DNA of 64,000 nucleotides from Bacteroidetes bacterium UBA1941. GTDB taxonomy: Bacteria; Bacteroidota; Bacteroidia; Chitinophagales; LD1. The stretch lies in assembly GCA_002336805.1 (NCBI GenBank), contig DDEZ01000012.1, positions 647,040 through 711,039 of the forward strand, read 5' to 3'. The stretch's first letter is position 1, and the number at the start of each line of letters is the position of its first letter. This document shows, one piece after another, positions 8,974 to 18,625 of the stretch. Made by a program: the position numbers and the translations under genes. The notes beneath the pieces were generated by a model. That model had not been told where the DNA came from, did no database searches, and saw only the letters and a list, made by a program, of their open reading frames with translations.

Positions 8974-8995
8974 ATTACATGTTGCAACATGTAAT
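8974..8995. promoter_or_regulatory. Perfect 22-bp palindrome ATTACATGTTG/CAACATGTAAT upstream of pirin
   Basis: I verified by hand that the reverse complement equals the sequence. It lies 30 nt after the stop of the 78-aa gene and 37 nt before the pirin ATG. It could be a dimeric-regulator operator or an AT-rich terminator hairpin. Confidence 0.4.
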
Positions 8996-9031
8996 ATTGT
9001 TGTATCTTTGTATCATCAAAAACACAGCAAT

Positions 9032-9751
9032 ATGGAAAAGATAACACTGCATAAAGCAAACACCCGTGGCCACGCCGATCATGGCTGGCTCAATGCCTGG
9101 CATACCTTCAGTTTTGCGGACTATACTGACCGCTCCCGCGTACACTTCGGCGTACTGCGCGTGCTCAATGATGACACGATAGCTGCCGGCATGGGCTTTG
9201 GCAAGCATCCTCATGACAATATGGAGATCATCACCATACCCCTGGAGGGTGCCGTGGCCCACAAAGACAGCATGGGCCACGAGGAGGTGGTCAGCGCAGG
9301 TGAGGTACAGGTGATGAGCGCCGGCACCGGTATCTATCACAGCGAGTACAATGCCAGCAAGACCGACCCGCTCAAACTGCTCCAGATCTGGCTCTTCCCG
9401 CGCGAGGGCAATGTGACCCCGCGCTACGGACAGGCAGCCTTCAAAAAGGAAGACCGCATCAATAAGTTTCAGCAGATACTCTCTCCCGGCCCTACAGATA
9501 GCGGGCTCTGGATCCATCAGGATGCCTGGTTTCACATCGGCTCACTGCAGAAAGGATTTCAGACAGACTACCTGGTCAAAAAACCCGGCAATGGTGTCTA
9601 TGCCTTTGTGATATCCGGAGATGTGACCATCAATGGTACCAGCCTCAATAAACGTGATGGACTAGGTATAGCCGATACAGATGTACTCCACATCACCGCT
9701 GACTCTGAGGCTGAGGTACTTCTGATGGATGTACCCATGATATTGCAATAG
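9032..9751 (+). CDS. Pirin-family (bicupin) protein
   Basis: MEKITLHKANTRGHADHGWLNAWHTFSFADY...HPHDNMEIITIPLEG...HSEYNAS are characteristic pirin/YhhW N-terminal cupin motifs. The ATG at 9032 is preferred. Confidence 0.9.
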   Translation: MEKITLHKANTRGHADHGWLNAWHTFSFADYTDRSRVHFGVLRVLNDDTIAAGMGFGKHPHDNMEIITIPLEGAVAHKDSMGHEEVVSAGEVQVMSAGTGIYHSEYNASKTDPLKLLQIWLFPREGNVTPRYGQAAFKKEDRINKFQQILSPGPTDSGLWIHQDAWFHIGSLQKGFQTDYLVKKPGNGVYAFVISGDVTINGTSLNKRDGLGIADTDVLHITADSEAEVLLMDVPMILQ

Positions 9752-9832
9752 TCTGTGATATATCCCTGTATATGTGTATTTAATTTATAACTTTAGGTTC
9801 TAAACTATTTTCTAACCCTAAAGTTTAAGTAT

Positions 9833-10255
9833 ATGGGAATGCTCAAAGAATTCAAGGATTTTGCCATGAAAGGCAATGTGGTAGACCTGGCAGTCGGTGT
9901 GATCATCGGTGCCGCGTTTGGCAAGATAGTAGACTCCATGGTAAATGACATCATCATGCCGGTCATCTCCAAGGTGGTCTTGAAAGGTGTCAGCTTCACT
10001 GACAATTTCGTATCGCTCGATGGCAGCAGCTACGCTACATACGCAAAGGCCAAAGAGGCTGGCGCAGCTATACTGGCCTGGGGCAATTTTGTGCAGATCG
10101 TCGTCAACTTCATCATAGTAGCACTGGTTCTATTCCTCTTTATAAAAGGTATAACCTCTATGCGTAAAGAAGAACCGGCACCGGTCGCTCCGGCACCAGA
10201 GATGTCCAGCACAGACAAACTGCTCGTAGAGATCAGGGACTCTCTCAAGAAGTAA
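9833..10255 (+). CDS. mscL: Large-conductance mechanosensitive channel MscL
   Basis: MLKEFKDFAMKGNVVDLAVGVIIGAAFGKIVDSMVNDIIMP is the near-canonical MscL N-terminus, and the size (140 aa) is typical. Confidence 0.95.
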   Translation: MGMLKEFKDFAMKGNVVDLAVGVIIGAAFGKIVDSMVNDIIMPVISKVVLKGVSFTDNFVSLDGSSYATYAKAKEAGAAILAWGNFVQIVVNFIIVALVLFLFIKGITSMRKEEPAPVAPAPEMSSTDKLLVEIRDSLKK

Positions 10256-10276
10256 TAGACTACTGAGTATAAAAAA

Positions 10277-10300
10277 ATAGCCTCGCAGATGCGGGGCTAT
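10277..10300. terminator. Bidirectional rho-independent terminator between mscL and the convergent gene
   Basis: ATAGCCTCGC-agat-GCGGGGCTAT forms a 10-bp stem with one G-U pair. It is flanked by an A7 run on the left and a T7 run on the right, and it overlaps the TAG of the minus-strand gene. Confidence 0.6.
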
Positions 10301-11745
10301 TTTTTTATGTATACGAATGGAGCAGAGACACTCCACCCCACGCCATATGGCACTGCTACGCAGTAAAACCCACCTGCGCCAGGCGTAAAAAGATTACCGC
10401 GAGCCACCATTTTCACTTCCTTCAGCTCGCGTCCGCTCAGCTTGTACCATTTGCAGTCCTGTGGTGTGCCACTCACAGAGAGTACTGTGCCATGCTGCTC
10501 TATCTGCGGCCGCGCGGGTATCGTACCGCGCGCGAGATGCGCCTGGAAGGAAAAGATAGATGGCGAGATACTGTAGGTAGCCGCCATACCGCCCTTGTGA
10601 TACTCCATCAGAGGGCGTGTATGCTGCGCCGTATCTATCGGGAATAAGCCATAATTCATCAGGTAGCTGCCATCGCCCGCCACATCCAGATTGCCGCCGC
10701 CACCAGTGTTTGGGATCGTACTTTGTGGCTGGAAGGTCTTAAACAATTTGACTACGATTCCTCCCTTTCCTGAGGAAACTGTGAATTCATAGCCTCTGCA
10801 CTGCGGATGCGCACTATCGCCATTAGATAGCACAGTGTAGTACGTCCTGCCATCGGCACCCGGCACAGCCTGCAGGTCATGCTGCAGGAAGATGGGCAGT
10901 GAATCCGACTCCGCATTGATGCGCTGCTTGTTTCTATCTATCCGCCAGATCACATGGCCGTCAGTGCGCGATATTTTTCCGATACCGATATGCTTGAAGG
11001 AGTAGAGAATATTGCCATCCGTATCCAGATGTACAGAGTTGCCATGGCTCCAGTCAAAGCGCGCATGATTAGACCGCAATCCTTTAGCATATCTGTATGG
11101 CAGATACATAGCATCAAAACCCAGCTGATACAGCGGATTCCAGCTGAATACAGACCTGCCGCTACTGTCTGCTATCTCTATGCTCTGGTACTCCATAGGC
11201 ATGAGCACCTCTCCCGGATCGCCGTAGGCCGCGCGCAGGTCTACAGTCGTATCATGTGTGGCAAAATAGATCACACCGCCATGGCCATCCATAGCAAAGT
11301 CATGAGAGTCCATGATATGACGGTAGGCAGTGAATGTATCCTTGGCCTGCATGTGCTGATCGCAAGTGATGACCACCGGCTCAAATCTGGCCGGTGCTGT
11401 CTGTGCCACGGTCAGGTAGTGCAGGACAGTATCCATGGAGGCATTCATCATGAGCATCATGCCGGGCCTCAGTGCAGCTCCGGTATCAGTAGGATGCAGC
11501 GCAAACCACCTCGGGGGCCACGGCACATCAGCATCTATGATCTCTAGGGCAGAGGAGTAGCTGAGCGGCTTGCGCTTGTAGAGATTATCATCCAGTGTGG
11601 TGAGTATAAATGCCTGCCCGCGTGGTGGTGTACCAGACAGGAGGGTCACGGGGCTCACCTTGCACAGCTCCTGCGCGGCGCATCTCTGCGCCAGTCCGGG
11701 CCATAGCACAGATAGCAGGATGGATAAGTAGAGCAGCCTTTTCAT
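10297..11745 (-). CDS. Secreted beta-propeller-like protein, arylsulfotransferase (ASST)-like
   Basis: It has a signal peptide (MKRLLYLSILLSVLWPGLA). The segment DWSHGNSVHLDTDGNILYSFKHIGIGKISRTDGHVIWRI resembles the ASST-family motif (DW.H.NS...D.DGN.L.S.R......KI....G.IIW). The ATG at 11745 is preferred. The function is tentative. Confidence 0.55.
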   Translation of the reverse strand: MKRLLYLSILLSVLWPGLAQRCAAQELCKVSPVTLLSGTPPRGQAFILTTLDDNLYKRKPLSYSSALEIIDADVPWPPRWFALHPTDTGAALRPGMMLMMNASMDTVLHYLTVAQTAPARFEPVVITCDQHMQAKDTFTAYRHIMDSHDFAMDGHGGVIYFATHDTTVDLRAAYGDPGEVLMPMEYQSIEIADSSGRSVFSWNPLYQLGFDAMYLPYRYAKGLRSNHARFDWSHGNSVHLDTDGNILYSFKHIGIGKISRTDGHVIWRIDRNKQRINAESDSLPIFLQHDLQAVPGADGRTYYTVLSNGDSAHPQCRGYEFTVSSGKGGIVVKLFKTFQPQSTIPNTGGGGNLDVAGDGSYLMNYGLFPIDTAQHTRPLMEYHKGGMAATYSISPSIFSFQAHLARGTIPARPQIEQHGTVLSVSGTPQDCKWYKLSGRELKEVKMVARGNLFTPGAGGFYCVAVPYGVGWSVSAPFVYIKK

Positions 11746-11874
11746 TTTACATGGAAATATAGAGACAAAAAACCATGCACCGCTAGTGATAAAAACAAAA
11801 AGCGGAGGCTGATCCTCCGCTCCTGCTGAATGCAGTAGTGCCGCAGCCCTACCCGGCCACGGCACGTAGTCGCC

Positions 11875-13761
11875 CTATTGAGTAATGATGAATCGCATAT
11901 TTCTGATACCTGCTGCGGTCCTGATAGCGGCAGTGTATACGCCGGGCACTACACCCGTCAGGTCCACACCGGCTGCCTTGCCTGCCACTGGCTGAGCCGA
12001 CACGTGCTGGCCCATGGCGTTGTATATATCTACTGAGTGTATCACCACCTCTGACCTGACGTACACGTGGCTGCTGGCAGGATTAGGATAGAGTGCTATG
12101 GCAGCCTGGCCCAGCTCACGCAGGCCACTAGGCTCATACGCTACTACAGACGAGTCCTGGCCCGCGTTCAGCGTGACGGTATGGCCTGCCGCATCTACTG
12201 CCGTGATGTCAGAGATATATCCTTTATTGCTATAGTATGCCAGGTCTTTGCCATTGATATTGTCTGATGTGATGCGCGAGTACATCTGTGCTATGGCGCC
12301 ACTACCCGAGCGGTTGATATGGTTGATACCGGTGATAGCTGCCTTGATCTGGCCGGCTGTAGTCAGGTCCTTGTAGATCGAGATACTATTGGTACCCGTG
12401 CCCAGCCAAGATGAGAGAAATCCAAACCTGATAGATGTAGTATCATTTACGATAGGGTCGTAGTGATAGGTAAATGCCACACCATATACATTGCTCACCG
12501 GAGTAGCAGTATCACCGAGGTAGAAGGTAGTGACGAGCGTATCACCTGTCTGTACGGTATCTGATGAGAATGTCACTTTGATACCCGGTGTACCGCTGCG
12601 CCATGGTGTAGCGCCATCGGTCTTGCTATGCGTCATACCAAAGTTGATCATGATAGGCAGCGTATCTGCTGCGTTGATAGTGCCATTGCCATCGCAGTCA
12701 GCAAACTTATAATTCAACCCCGTAGCAAAAGTATCTGTCCAGTCTGTTGCTGCCTGGCCGAGCCATGTCGACACTGCACCTGCGCGCACAGGTCCGGTAG
12801 TGCCATAGCCCAGGCCTACATTGAGCAGGTCTGCATTATCTGCGGTGCGGTCATTATTAGCGTCACCCGGATATACCAGCCTCTGGAATACACAGCCATT
12901 AGGATTAGAAGTACTACAGAGCGGTACACTGGTGATCGCCGGCATTCCCATGCTCACATTATAGCTAGGTACGCAGGCTATAGCTGTATTACTAAACCTG
13001 AGCTGGGTGATGCGGGTGAATGGAGGCAGGCAGGTCAGACCAGTGTTTTCGGATACGTCTACATCACTTGCATATTGGGGCAGATTGCTCAGTGAGGTCA
13101 GCGCATTATTATCCACCATCAGGCTGGTCATCGTATCAGGCACCGGCGGCAGAGTGGTCAGCGAATTGTAGCTCAAAAATGCATATAGAATGTGCGGCGG
13201 CAATGGCGGCAGGCTGCTCAGCCCCGCGTTGGAGGCATCGAAGTCCTGCAGGCTATCGGGCAGTACGGTGAGCACCTTTGGCGCGCCATAGCCGATCCAG
13301 AGGCGCTGTATACTATTAGGTAGTGCCGGCAAGTTTTGCAGCGGAGTACCGTCCAGCTGCAGGTCGCGCAGATGGGATGGCAGGTCAGGGAGGTTAGTGA
13401 CTCCGGACTGGGAGAGATCCAGGTGCTCTAGTGTTTCATTAAAGTATGGCGGCACACCGGTCAGCCTGTAGTTGTCTGTGAAGCTGAGGTTTTGCAGGCT
13501 TTTGAAATACTGTACGCCGGTGATATTAGTATAGGTGGTATCACCTGCCTGCTGCAGGTCTGTAGCCGTGAGCACAAGAGTATTGGTAGTATCCAGCTGC
13601 CAGCCCGAGGTACTATTGCCTGAGAGTGCAGAAGAGTAGCCATGCGCCGAGAGCCAGTTGCCAAAACCGACGTCGGGTATAGGTACGTATTGTGCCCGGA
13701 GGATACCGGTAGCCAGTAGCAGCAGGCAGAGGATCGAGAGTTTTTGGATAAACCTGTTCAT
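11875..13761 (-). CDS. T9SS cargo: leucine-rich-repeat passenger + dockerin-like + cohesin-like module + type-A C-terminal sorting domain
   Basis: It has a signal peptide and LRR units (LEHLDLSQSGVTNLPDLPSHLRDLQLDGTPLQNLPALPNSIQRL). Two EF-hand-like loops follow (DANNDRTADNADLL and DCDGNGTINAADTL). The C-terminus LYPNPASSHVYV...VDIYNAMGQ...GVYTAAIRT...RFIITQ is typical of a Por secretion tail. Confidence 0.85.
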   Translation of the reverse strand: MNRFIQKLSILCLLLLATGILRAQYVPIPDVGFGNWLSAHGYSSALSGNSTSGWQLDTTNTLVLTATDLQQAGDTTYTNITGVQYFKSLQNLSFTDNYRLTGVPPYFNETLEHLDLSQSGVTNLPDLPSHLRDLQLDGTPLQNLPALPNSIQRLWIGYGAPKVLTVLPDSLQDFDASNAGLSSLPPLPPHILYAFLSYNSLTTLPPVPDTMTSLMVDNNALTSLSNLPQYASDVDVSENTGLTCLPPFTRITQLRFSNTAIACVPSYNVSMGMPAITSVPLCSTSNPNGCVFQRLVYPGDANNDRTADNADLLNVGLGYGTTGPVRAGAVSTWLGQAATDWTDTFATGLNYKFADCDGNGTINAADTLPIMINFGMTHSKTDGATPWRSGTPGIKVTFSSDTVQTGDTLVTTFYLGDTATPVSNVYGVAFTYHYDPIVNDTTSIRFGFLSSWLGTGTNSISIYKDLTTAGQIKAAITGINHINRSGSGAIAQMYSRITSDNINGKDLAYYSNKGYISDITAVDAAGHTVTLNAGQDSSVVAYEPSGLRELGQAAIALYPNPASSHVYVRSEVVIHSVDIYNAMGQHVSAQPVAGKAAGVDLTGVVPGVYTAAIRTAAGIRNMRFIITQ

Positions 13762-13958
13762 GATGTTTATTTTTTATAGATGATTCAAATTGCGCTGTGA
13801 CCTAATGATCACGACACAAAAAAACCACTTTCCTATTCTTTAAAAAAGTACATTTAGCAGCATTTATACCTATTCATTTTGCATCATAAAGCAACTGTAT
13901 ACAGATTAAGTGCGTCATTTTTGTACCGAAATAAGTTATTTATACCAAACATTAGTTT

Positions 13959-15377
13959 GTGCAGGACTCAAAACTACATCTACTGCTCAGCAGGCTCACA
14001 ATATACGAGCTAAACCGGCTGGAAAAATTCATGCGCTCAGCCTATCTGAATGAGGATGAAGCACTCATGAGGCTATACGCACTGCTCCTGCCCTACTATA
14101 AAACAAACAGCACTGCGCTGCCTGACCAGACGAGAATATGGAAGAAGATACATCCTCGTACACCCTTTACCAATCAGAAATACGCCCGCCTGCTATCTGA
14201 TCTTTTCCGCAAGGTGGAACACTTCATAGCCATAGAGAAACTAAAACAAAAGCCAGCGGAAGAGAGCCTGCTCGTACTGGAGCGCTACAATGAGTTCAGG
14301 CTAAGTAAGCATATCACAGAGCCATTCCTCTCCGCTCAAAGTAAGCTGCACAAAGACCCGACCCGTGACAGCGACTATCACCTCCAGAGCTTTCGCCTCC
14401 AGGTGCAGCAGTACACCTTTCTGGAAAATAAAAAGCAACGTGGCACCGACAAGAACCTAAAAGACACCCTTCATCATCTCGACCGCTTTTACCTGATCAA
14501 TAAACTCAGGTATACTGCGGCGGCGCTGCACTACAGCCAGTTTCTGAATGTACAGCAGGACACTGCGCTGCTGGAGGAGATACTCACCTATCTGCGACAG
14601 AACCCGCTGCAGGATGACCCCGCTATAGCTGCCTATCATTACATCATCCTATCACTCACAGAGCCGGAAGACGAGCAGCACTTCACCGCACTCAGGAGAC
14701 TCCTGCTGAGCAATAGTGCAGAGCTGGCCCTCTCTACTAAACTGGATGCAGTGGATCACTCGCTGAACTACTGTATTCGCAAAATAAATAACGGCCACAG
14801 TAAATATCAGGCAGAGATACTCAGCCTCTATAAGTATGCGCTGGACCACGAGCTGCTGTATGACAAGGGCATCCTCTCTCCCTGGGACTACAAGAATATC
14901 ACCACCATAGCCCTGCGCAATAAGGAGTATAAATGGGCAGCATCCTTTATCGATCAGTACAGGTATAAACTGGCCAAAGCGGACCAGAGAAACGCCTGGA
15001 CATTCAATCAGGCGCGTTATCACTTTGCCATGCGGCAATACGATAAGGTGCTGGAGCTACTACAGGGAGTAGAGTATACGGATATTTTCTACCTGCTCGA
15101 CTCCAAGACGACGCTCATGAAGACCTACTATGAGCTGGGCGAGTACCAGCCGCTGCAGTCGCTCAAAGAGAGTTTCCGCATCCTGCTGCGCAGAAAGAAA
15201 CTGATCTCCGAGCAGAACCGGGCCAACTATGGCAACTTTGCCCGGCTGGTCATGAAGCTGTACCGTATAGATGTAAAGAATAAGCCCAGACTGGCTGCAC
15301 TACGCAAAGAAATAGAGACCACCGGCAATACCGCGGATCGCTCCTGGATACTGGAGAAACTGGACGAGCTTTCATAG
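13959..15377 (+). CDS. Uncharacterised all-helical (TPR-like?) cytoplasmic protein, 472 aa; paralog of 18626-20050
   Basis: The GTG start is supported by its paralog (QDSKLHLLLSRL vs MTDSKLHILLSRL). It has no signal peptide or TM segment and aligns with the paralog over its full length. I recognise no named-family motif. Confidence 0.75.
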   Translation: MQDSKLHLLLSRLTIYELNRLEKFMRSAYLNEDEALMRLYALLLPYYKTNSTALPDQTRIWKKIHPRTPFTNQKYARLLSDLFRKVEHFIAIEKLKQKPAEESLLVLERYNEFRLSKHITEPFLSAQSKLHKDPTRDSDYHLQSFRLQVQQYTFLENKKQRGTDKNLKDTLHHLDRFYLINKLRYTAAALHYSQFLNVQQDTALLEEILTYLRQNPLQDDPAIAAYHYIILSLTEPEDEQHFTALRRLLLSNSAELALSTKLDAVDHSLNYCIRKINNGHSKYQAEILSLYKYALDHELLYDKGILSPWDYKNITTIALRNKEYKWAASFIDQYRYKLAKADQRNAWTFNQARYHFAMRQYDKVLELLQGVEYTDIFYLLDSKTTLMKTYYELGEYQPLQSLKESFRILLRRKKLISEQNRANYGNFARLVMKLYRIDVKNKPRLAALRKEIETTGNTADRSWILEKLDELS

Positions 15378-15448
15378 CTAAATTACCTAAAAGGCAAGCG
15401 AGGCCACAAGGGCCTCGCTACGTTACCACGGTGAAATATCCTGATAGG

Positions 15449-18445
15449 TTAGTGCCGTACTGTTACCTTGCTGATGGCGGTGCCTGCAGCAGTGGCCACC
15501 TGTACCGTGTAGATGCCACTGCTCAAGCCTGACACATCCAGTATCTGCGAGTCTCTGTCAGCTGCTGGCGCATCCAGCACCAGGCTACCTATAGCATCAT
15601 AGACCCTCGTCCGGATGAGCGGTACGGTAGATGACACCTGCAGATAGTCAGACACAGGGTTAGGGTAGATGGAGACCTGGCGGGTGCCTGAGATATCCGG
15701 TAGCCCGGTAGATAGCGTCATGATGATATTAGAGTCTGTACAGGTATTGACATCTATAGTATCGCCTTTCATATCCACTGCAGTGATCTCAGATATATAG
15801 TCATGGTTTACATAGCTCCTCACGCCATTGATATTATCAGTGGTGATCGTACCGCGAAACCTGGCTATCGCCCCCCATCCGCTGCGGTCCAGGTGATCTA
15901 TGCCGGTGATGGCAGTCCTGATCATACCCGGTGCAGGGAATGTTTTCTTGATACTGATGCTATTGGTATAGTTGCCCAGCCATGAGTTTATAAACTCAAA
16001 AGAGACGCTGGCCGGATCATATACCAGCGGGTCATAATTATAAGTAAACGAGATGCCATAGATATTGGCAAACTGCTCACTGGCACTGCCCAGTATGACG
16101 GCAGCAGTCAGGCTCTGCCCGTCATACACAGTATCTCTCGAAAACTGCAGGAACATACCCGGCACTCCCGCCCGGGCGCCATCGGCCCCGTCTGTCTTGG
16201 GGTGCGTCAGGCCAAAATTGGTCACTATAGCCAGCGTATCATCTGCATTGATAGTACCGTCTCCGTTGCAGTCTGCATGGTCATAGTTGACCGTAGGCGC
16301 ATAGATACTAAAGTACTGGCTCCATGGTGCCACGGTATCTCCCTGCCAGACTATACCCTGCACCGTCCGTGCAGGGCCGGTAGCCCCATAGGCCAGCCCT
16401 ATGGTCAGCAGGTCGCTATTGGTCGCTATGCGGTTGGCATCGGCGTCTCCCGGCCAGACAGTATCCGGACCGCAGTCTATCACAGCTATCCTGATGTGTG
16501 CGCTCACAGATGAGTCATTGCCACATGGTGTAGTGGTGCGCACTACTACCCATACGCTATCATTATCCTGCAGCGCAGAGGTAGACCATAATGCTGACGT
16601 AGCTCCTGCCACGGCAGTATCATTATGATACCAGGTATAGGTGAGTACAGAGCTCGTACCACCCGTCGTAGCCCGGAATGTATCGATAAAGGTACTACCG
16701 GCGCAGTAGGTCCACGCTGCCGCAGTCACCGTGACTGCAGGCGCCAGGCTACCTATGGTGATATGTATCTTGCTGCTGACTGCGGAGTCAGGTGTGGCAC
16801 ATGGCGCACTGCTATGCACTACTACCCATACACTGTCGTTATTGGCCAGTGCCGAGGTGCGCCATACAGCCGCAGTAGCTCCGGGCACGGCCACACCATT
16901 CTTATACCATCGGTATGTCAGGCCACTGCCTGTAGCCGTAGCCGTGAACGTGTCTATAAAGATACCTCCTGTGCAATGAGATGACGCTGTAGCGCTGATA
17001 GCCACTGTAGGCGGCGAGCCGGACAGTATACTGATGTGTACCGGCGTGCTCACAGCACTGTCCGGTGCGGCACAGGCCAGGCTGCTATGTACCACCACCC
17101 ACACACTATCCTGATCGCTGAGAGCAGATGTAGCCCAGGTAGACGAGGTAGCGCCTGATACTGCGGTGCCATTTTTGTACCACTGATAGGCAGGTGTCGT
17201 GCCACCGCCTGTCACACCCGTGCGAAATGTATCTACAAACATGCTGCCTGTGCAGTATTGCAGTGCGCTGGCAGATACTATAGCCACGGGCACTACTGCA
17301 GAGTCTATAGTGATATGCAGCACATTGCTCACTACCGAGTCGGGTGAGGCGCATGGAGCGCTGCTATGCACCACGGCCCATATGCTATCATTATTGCTCA
17401 GCGCAGAGGTAGCCCATGAGGAGGCGGTAGCTCCGGACACCTGCGTGCCATTGCGGTACCATTGGTATGTGAGTACCGTACTACTGCCATTGGCAGAGGC
17501 CCAGAAGGTATCGGCAAAGGCTGAGCCTGAGCAGTAGGCCAGGCTGGCTGCACTGATCACTACAGGGCTGAGCACTGCGGACTGTATACTGATATGTATC
17601 TTACTGCTGGTATCTGCGGCGGGTACTGCACATGGAGCACTGCTGCGCACTATGACCCAGACGCTATCGTTATCACTCAGCGTAGAGGTGCGCCACACGG
17701 GCGTCGTGACACCTGTGGCAACGCCATTCCTGTACCACATATAGCTGAGCCCTGCACCCGTAGCAGTAGCTGTGAAAGTATCTATGAATGAGGACCCGGC
17801 GCAGAAAGACGTGCCGGAAGCTGACACCGCGACGGATGGCGCCCCTGTAGTGACCACGCTGATATGTATCACATTGCTCACAGCAGAGTCACGTGCAGCA
17901 CATGGAGACGATGTATACCCTACTACCCAGAGGCTATCCTGATCACTGAGTGCTGCTGTAGTGTATGTCGCAGCCGTGGCTCCTGCTACCGGTGCATTGT
18001 TGTGATACCACTGATAGGTCAGCACTGCACTGGTACCTCCCGCAGCCCAGAAAGTATCCACTACTCCACCTCCGCTACAGAGCGTGGTGGTCCAGGCCGA
18101 GGCAGTGACCACCGGTGTGAAAGGGGTACCCGAGCTACCTATCACTACTGTGATAGAATCTATACAGCCTCCGGCCTCCTGTACGTAGATGACATCCGTA
18201 CCAGCCGCCAGCCCGGAAAATAGAGAGTCCGTCTGCCACGTACCTGACACACCCAGCCTGTAGAGGTATGGTGCGGCGGCATTACTCGCATGGATGGTCA
18301 CCGTACCGCTGTGCAGGCTACCGCACGCTGGTGTCACAGTATCTGTGAGGATAGTAGAGCACTGAGCGTGGGCCACCATACAGATACCGACCAGGCTCAT
18401 CAGCATCAGGTATTTCATTATGCCCTTTTTCAGGTGTATCATCAT
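15449..18445 (-). CDS. T9SS cargo: SprB-like repeat + six ~91-aa Ig-like repeats + dockerin-like + cohesin-like module + type-A sorting domain
   Basis: 998 aa. The N-terminal region is CSTILTDTVTPACGSLHSGTVTIHASNAAAPYLYRL...GGCIDSITV (SprB-repeat style). Six repeats follow, each carrying Y(Q/R/T/M)WY.N......GAT...W.TSAL...DS.WVVV.SS.PCA. The tail is homologous to that of 11875-13761. The C-terminus reads IYPNPVSDYLQV...GIYTVQVATAAGTAISKVTVRH. The true start may be the internal MKYLML at 18418. Confidence 0.85.
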   Translation of the reverse strand: MMIHLKKGIMKYLMLMSLVGICMVAHAQCSTILTDTVTPACGSLHSGTVTIHASNAAAPYLYRLGVSGTWQTDSLFSGLAAGTDVIYVQEAGGCIDSITVVIGSSGTPFTPVVTASAWTTTLCSGGGVVDTFWAAGGTSAVLTYQWYHNNAPVAGATAATYTTAALSDQDSLWVVGYTSSPCAARDSAVSNVIHISVVTTGAPSVAVSASGTSFCAGSSFIDTFTATATGAGLSYMWYRNGVATGVTTPVWRTSTLSDNDSVWVIVRSSAPCAVPAADTSSKIHISIQSAVLSPVVISAASLAYCSGSAFADTFWASANGSSTVLTYQWYRNGTQVSGATASSWATSALSNNDSIWAVVHSSAPCASPDSVVSNVLHITIDSAVVPVAIVSASALQYCTGSMFVDTFRTGVTGGGTTPAYQWYKNGTAVSGATSSTWATSALSDQDSVWVVVHSSLACAAPDSAVSTPVHISILSGSPPTVAISATASSHCTGGIFIDTFTATATGSGLTYRWYKNGVAVPGATAAVWRTSALANNDSVWVVVHSSAPCATPDSAVSSKIHITIGSLAPAVTVTAAAWTYCAGSTFIDTFRATTGGTSSVLTYTWYHNDTAVAGATSALWSTSALQDNDSVWVVVRTTTPCGNDSSVSAHIRIAVIDCGPDTVWPGDADANRIATNSDLLTIGLAYGATGPARTVQGIVWQGDTVAPWSQYFSIYAPTVNYDHADCNGDGTINADDTLAIVTNFGLTHPKTDGADGARAGVPGMFLQFSRDTVYDGQSLTAAVILGSASEQFANIYGISFTYNYDPLVYDPASVSFEFINSWLGNYTNSISIKKTFPAPGMIRTAITGIDHLDRSGWGAIARFRGTITTDNINGVRSYVNHDYISEITAVDMKGDTIDVNTCTDSNIIMTLSTGLPDISGTRQVSIYPNPVSDYLQVSSTVPLIRTRVYDAIGSLVLDAPAADRDSQILDVSGLSSGIYTVQVATAAGTAISKVTVRH
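16493..18133 (-). repeat. Six in-frame tandem coding repeats (~270 nt / ~91 aa)
   Basis: The repeat boundaries were read from the protein (TPFTPVVTASAW..., TTGAPSVAVSAS..., SAVLSPVVISAA..., SAVVPVAIVSAS..., SGSPPTVAISAT..., SLAPAVTVTAAA...). Coordinates are approximate to within +/-15 nt. Confidence 0.8.
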
Positions 18446-18625
18446 TCCCTTTGGTTTTAGTCAGTCCATAAACGAGCTACTCTGGCTCGTTACAAAAAGA
18501 TGATATCCATGCCGGATAGAAAAGCACATTTACAGGCCATTATACGGAGCACTTTAATGATAGAAACTTTCTCTTAAGCCATTAAAAGACAATTTTATTA
18601 CTAAATTTATACGGATCACTTTTAC

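Noticed and set aside
9789-9825. Inverted repeat AACTTTAGG...CCTAAAGTT upstream of mscL.
   Set aside because: It has a 9-bp AT-rich stem with a 19-nt loop. That is weak as a terminator and unsupported as an operator, so I did not report it as a feature.
16493-18133. Regularly spaced repeats here, and also at 62640-64000, checked as possible CRISPR arrays.
   Set aside because: The periods of ~270 and ~216 nt lie entirely in-frame inside long ORFs. The repeats are diverged coding units with no short identical direct repeats or unique spacers, and there are no cas genes.
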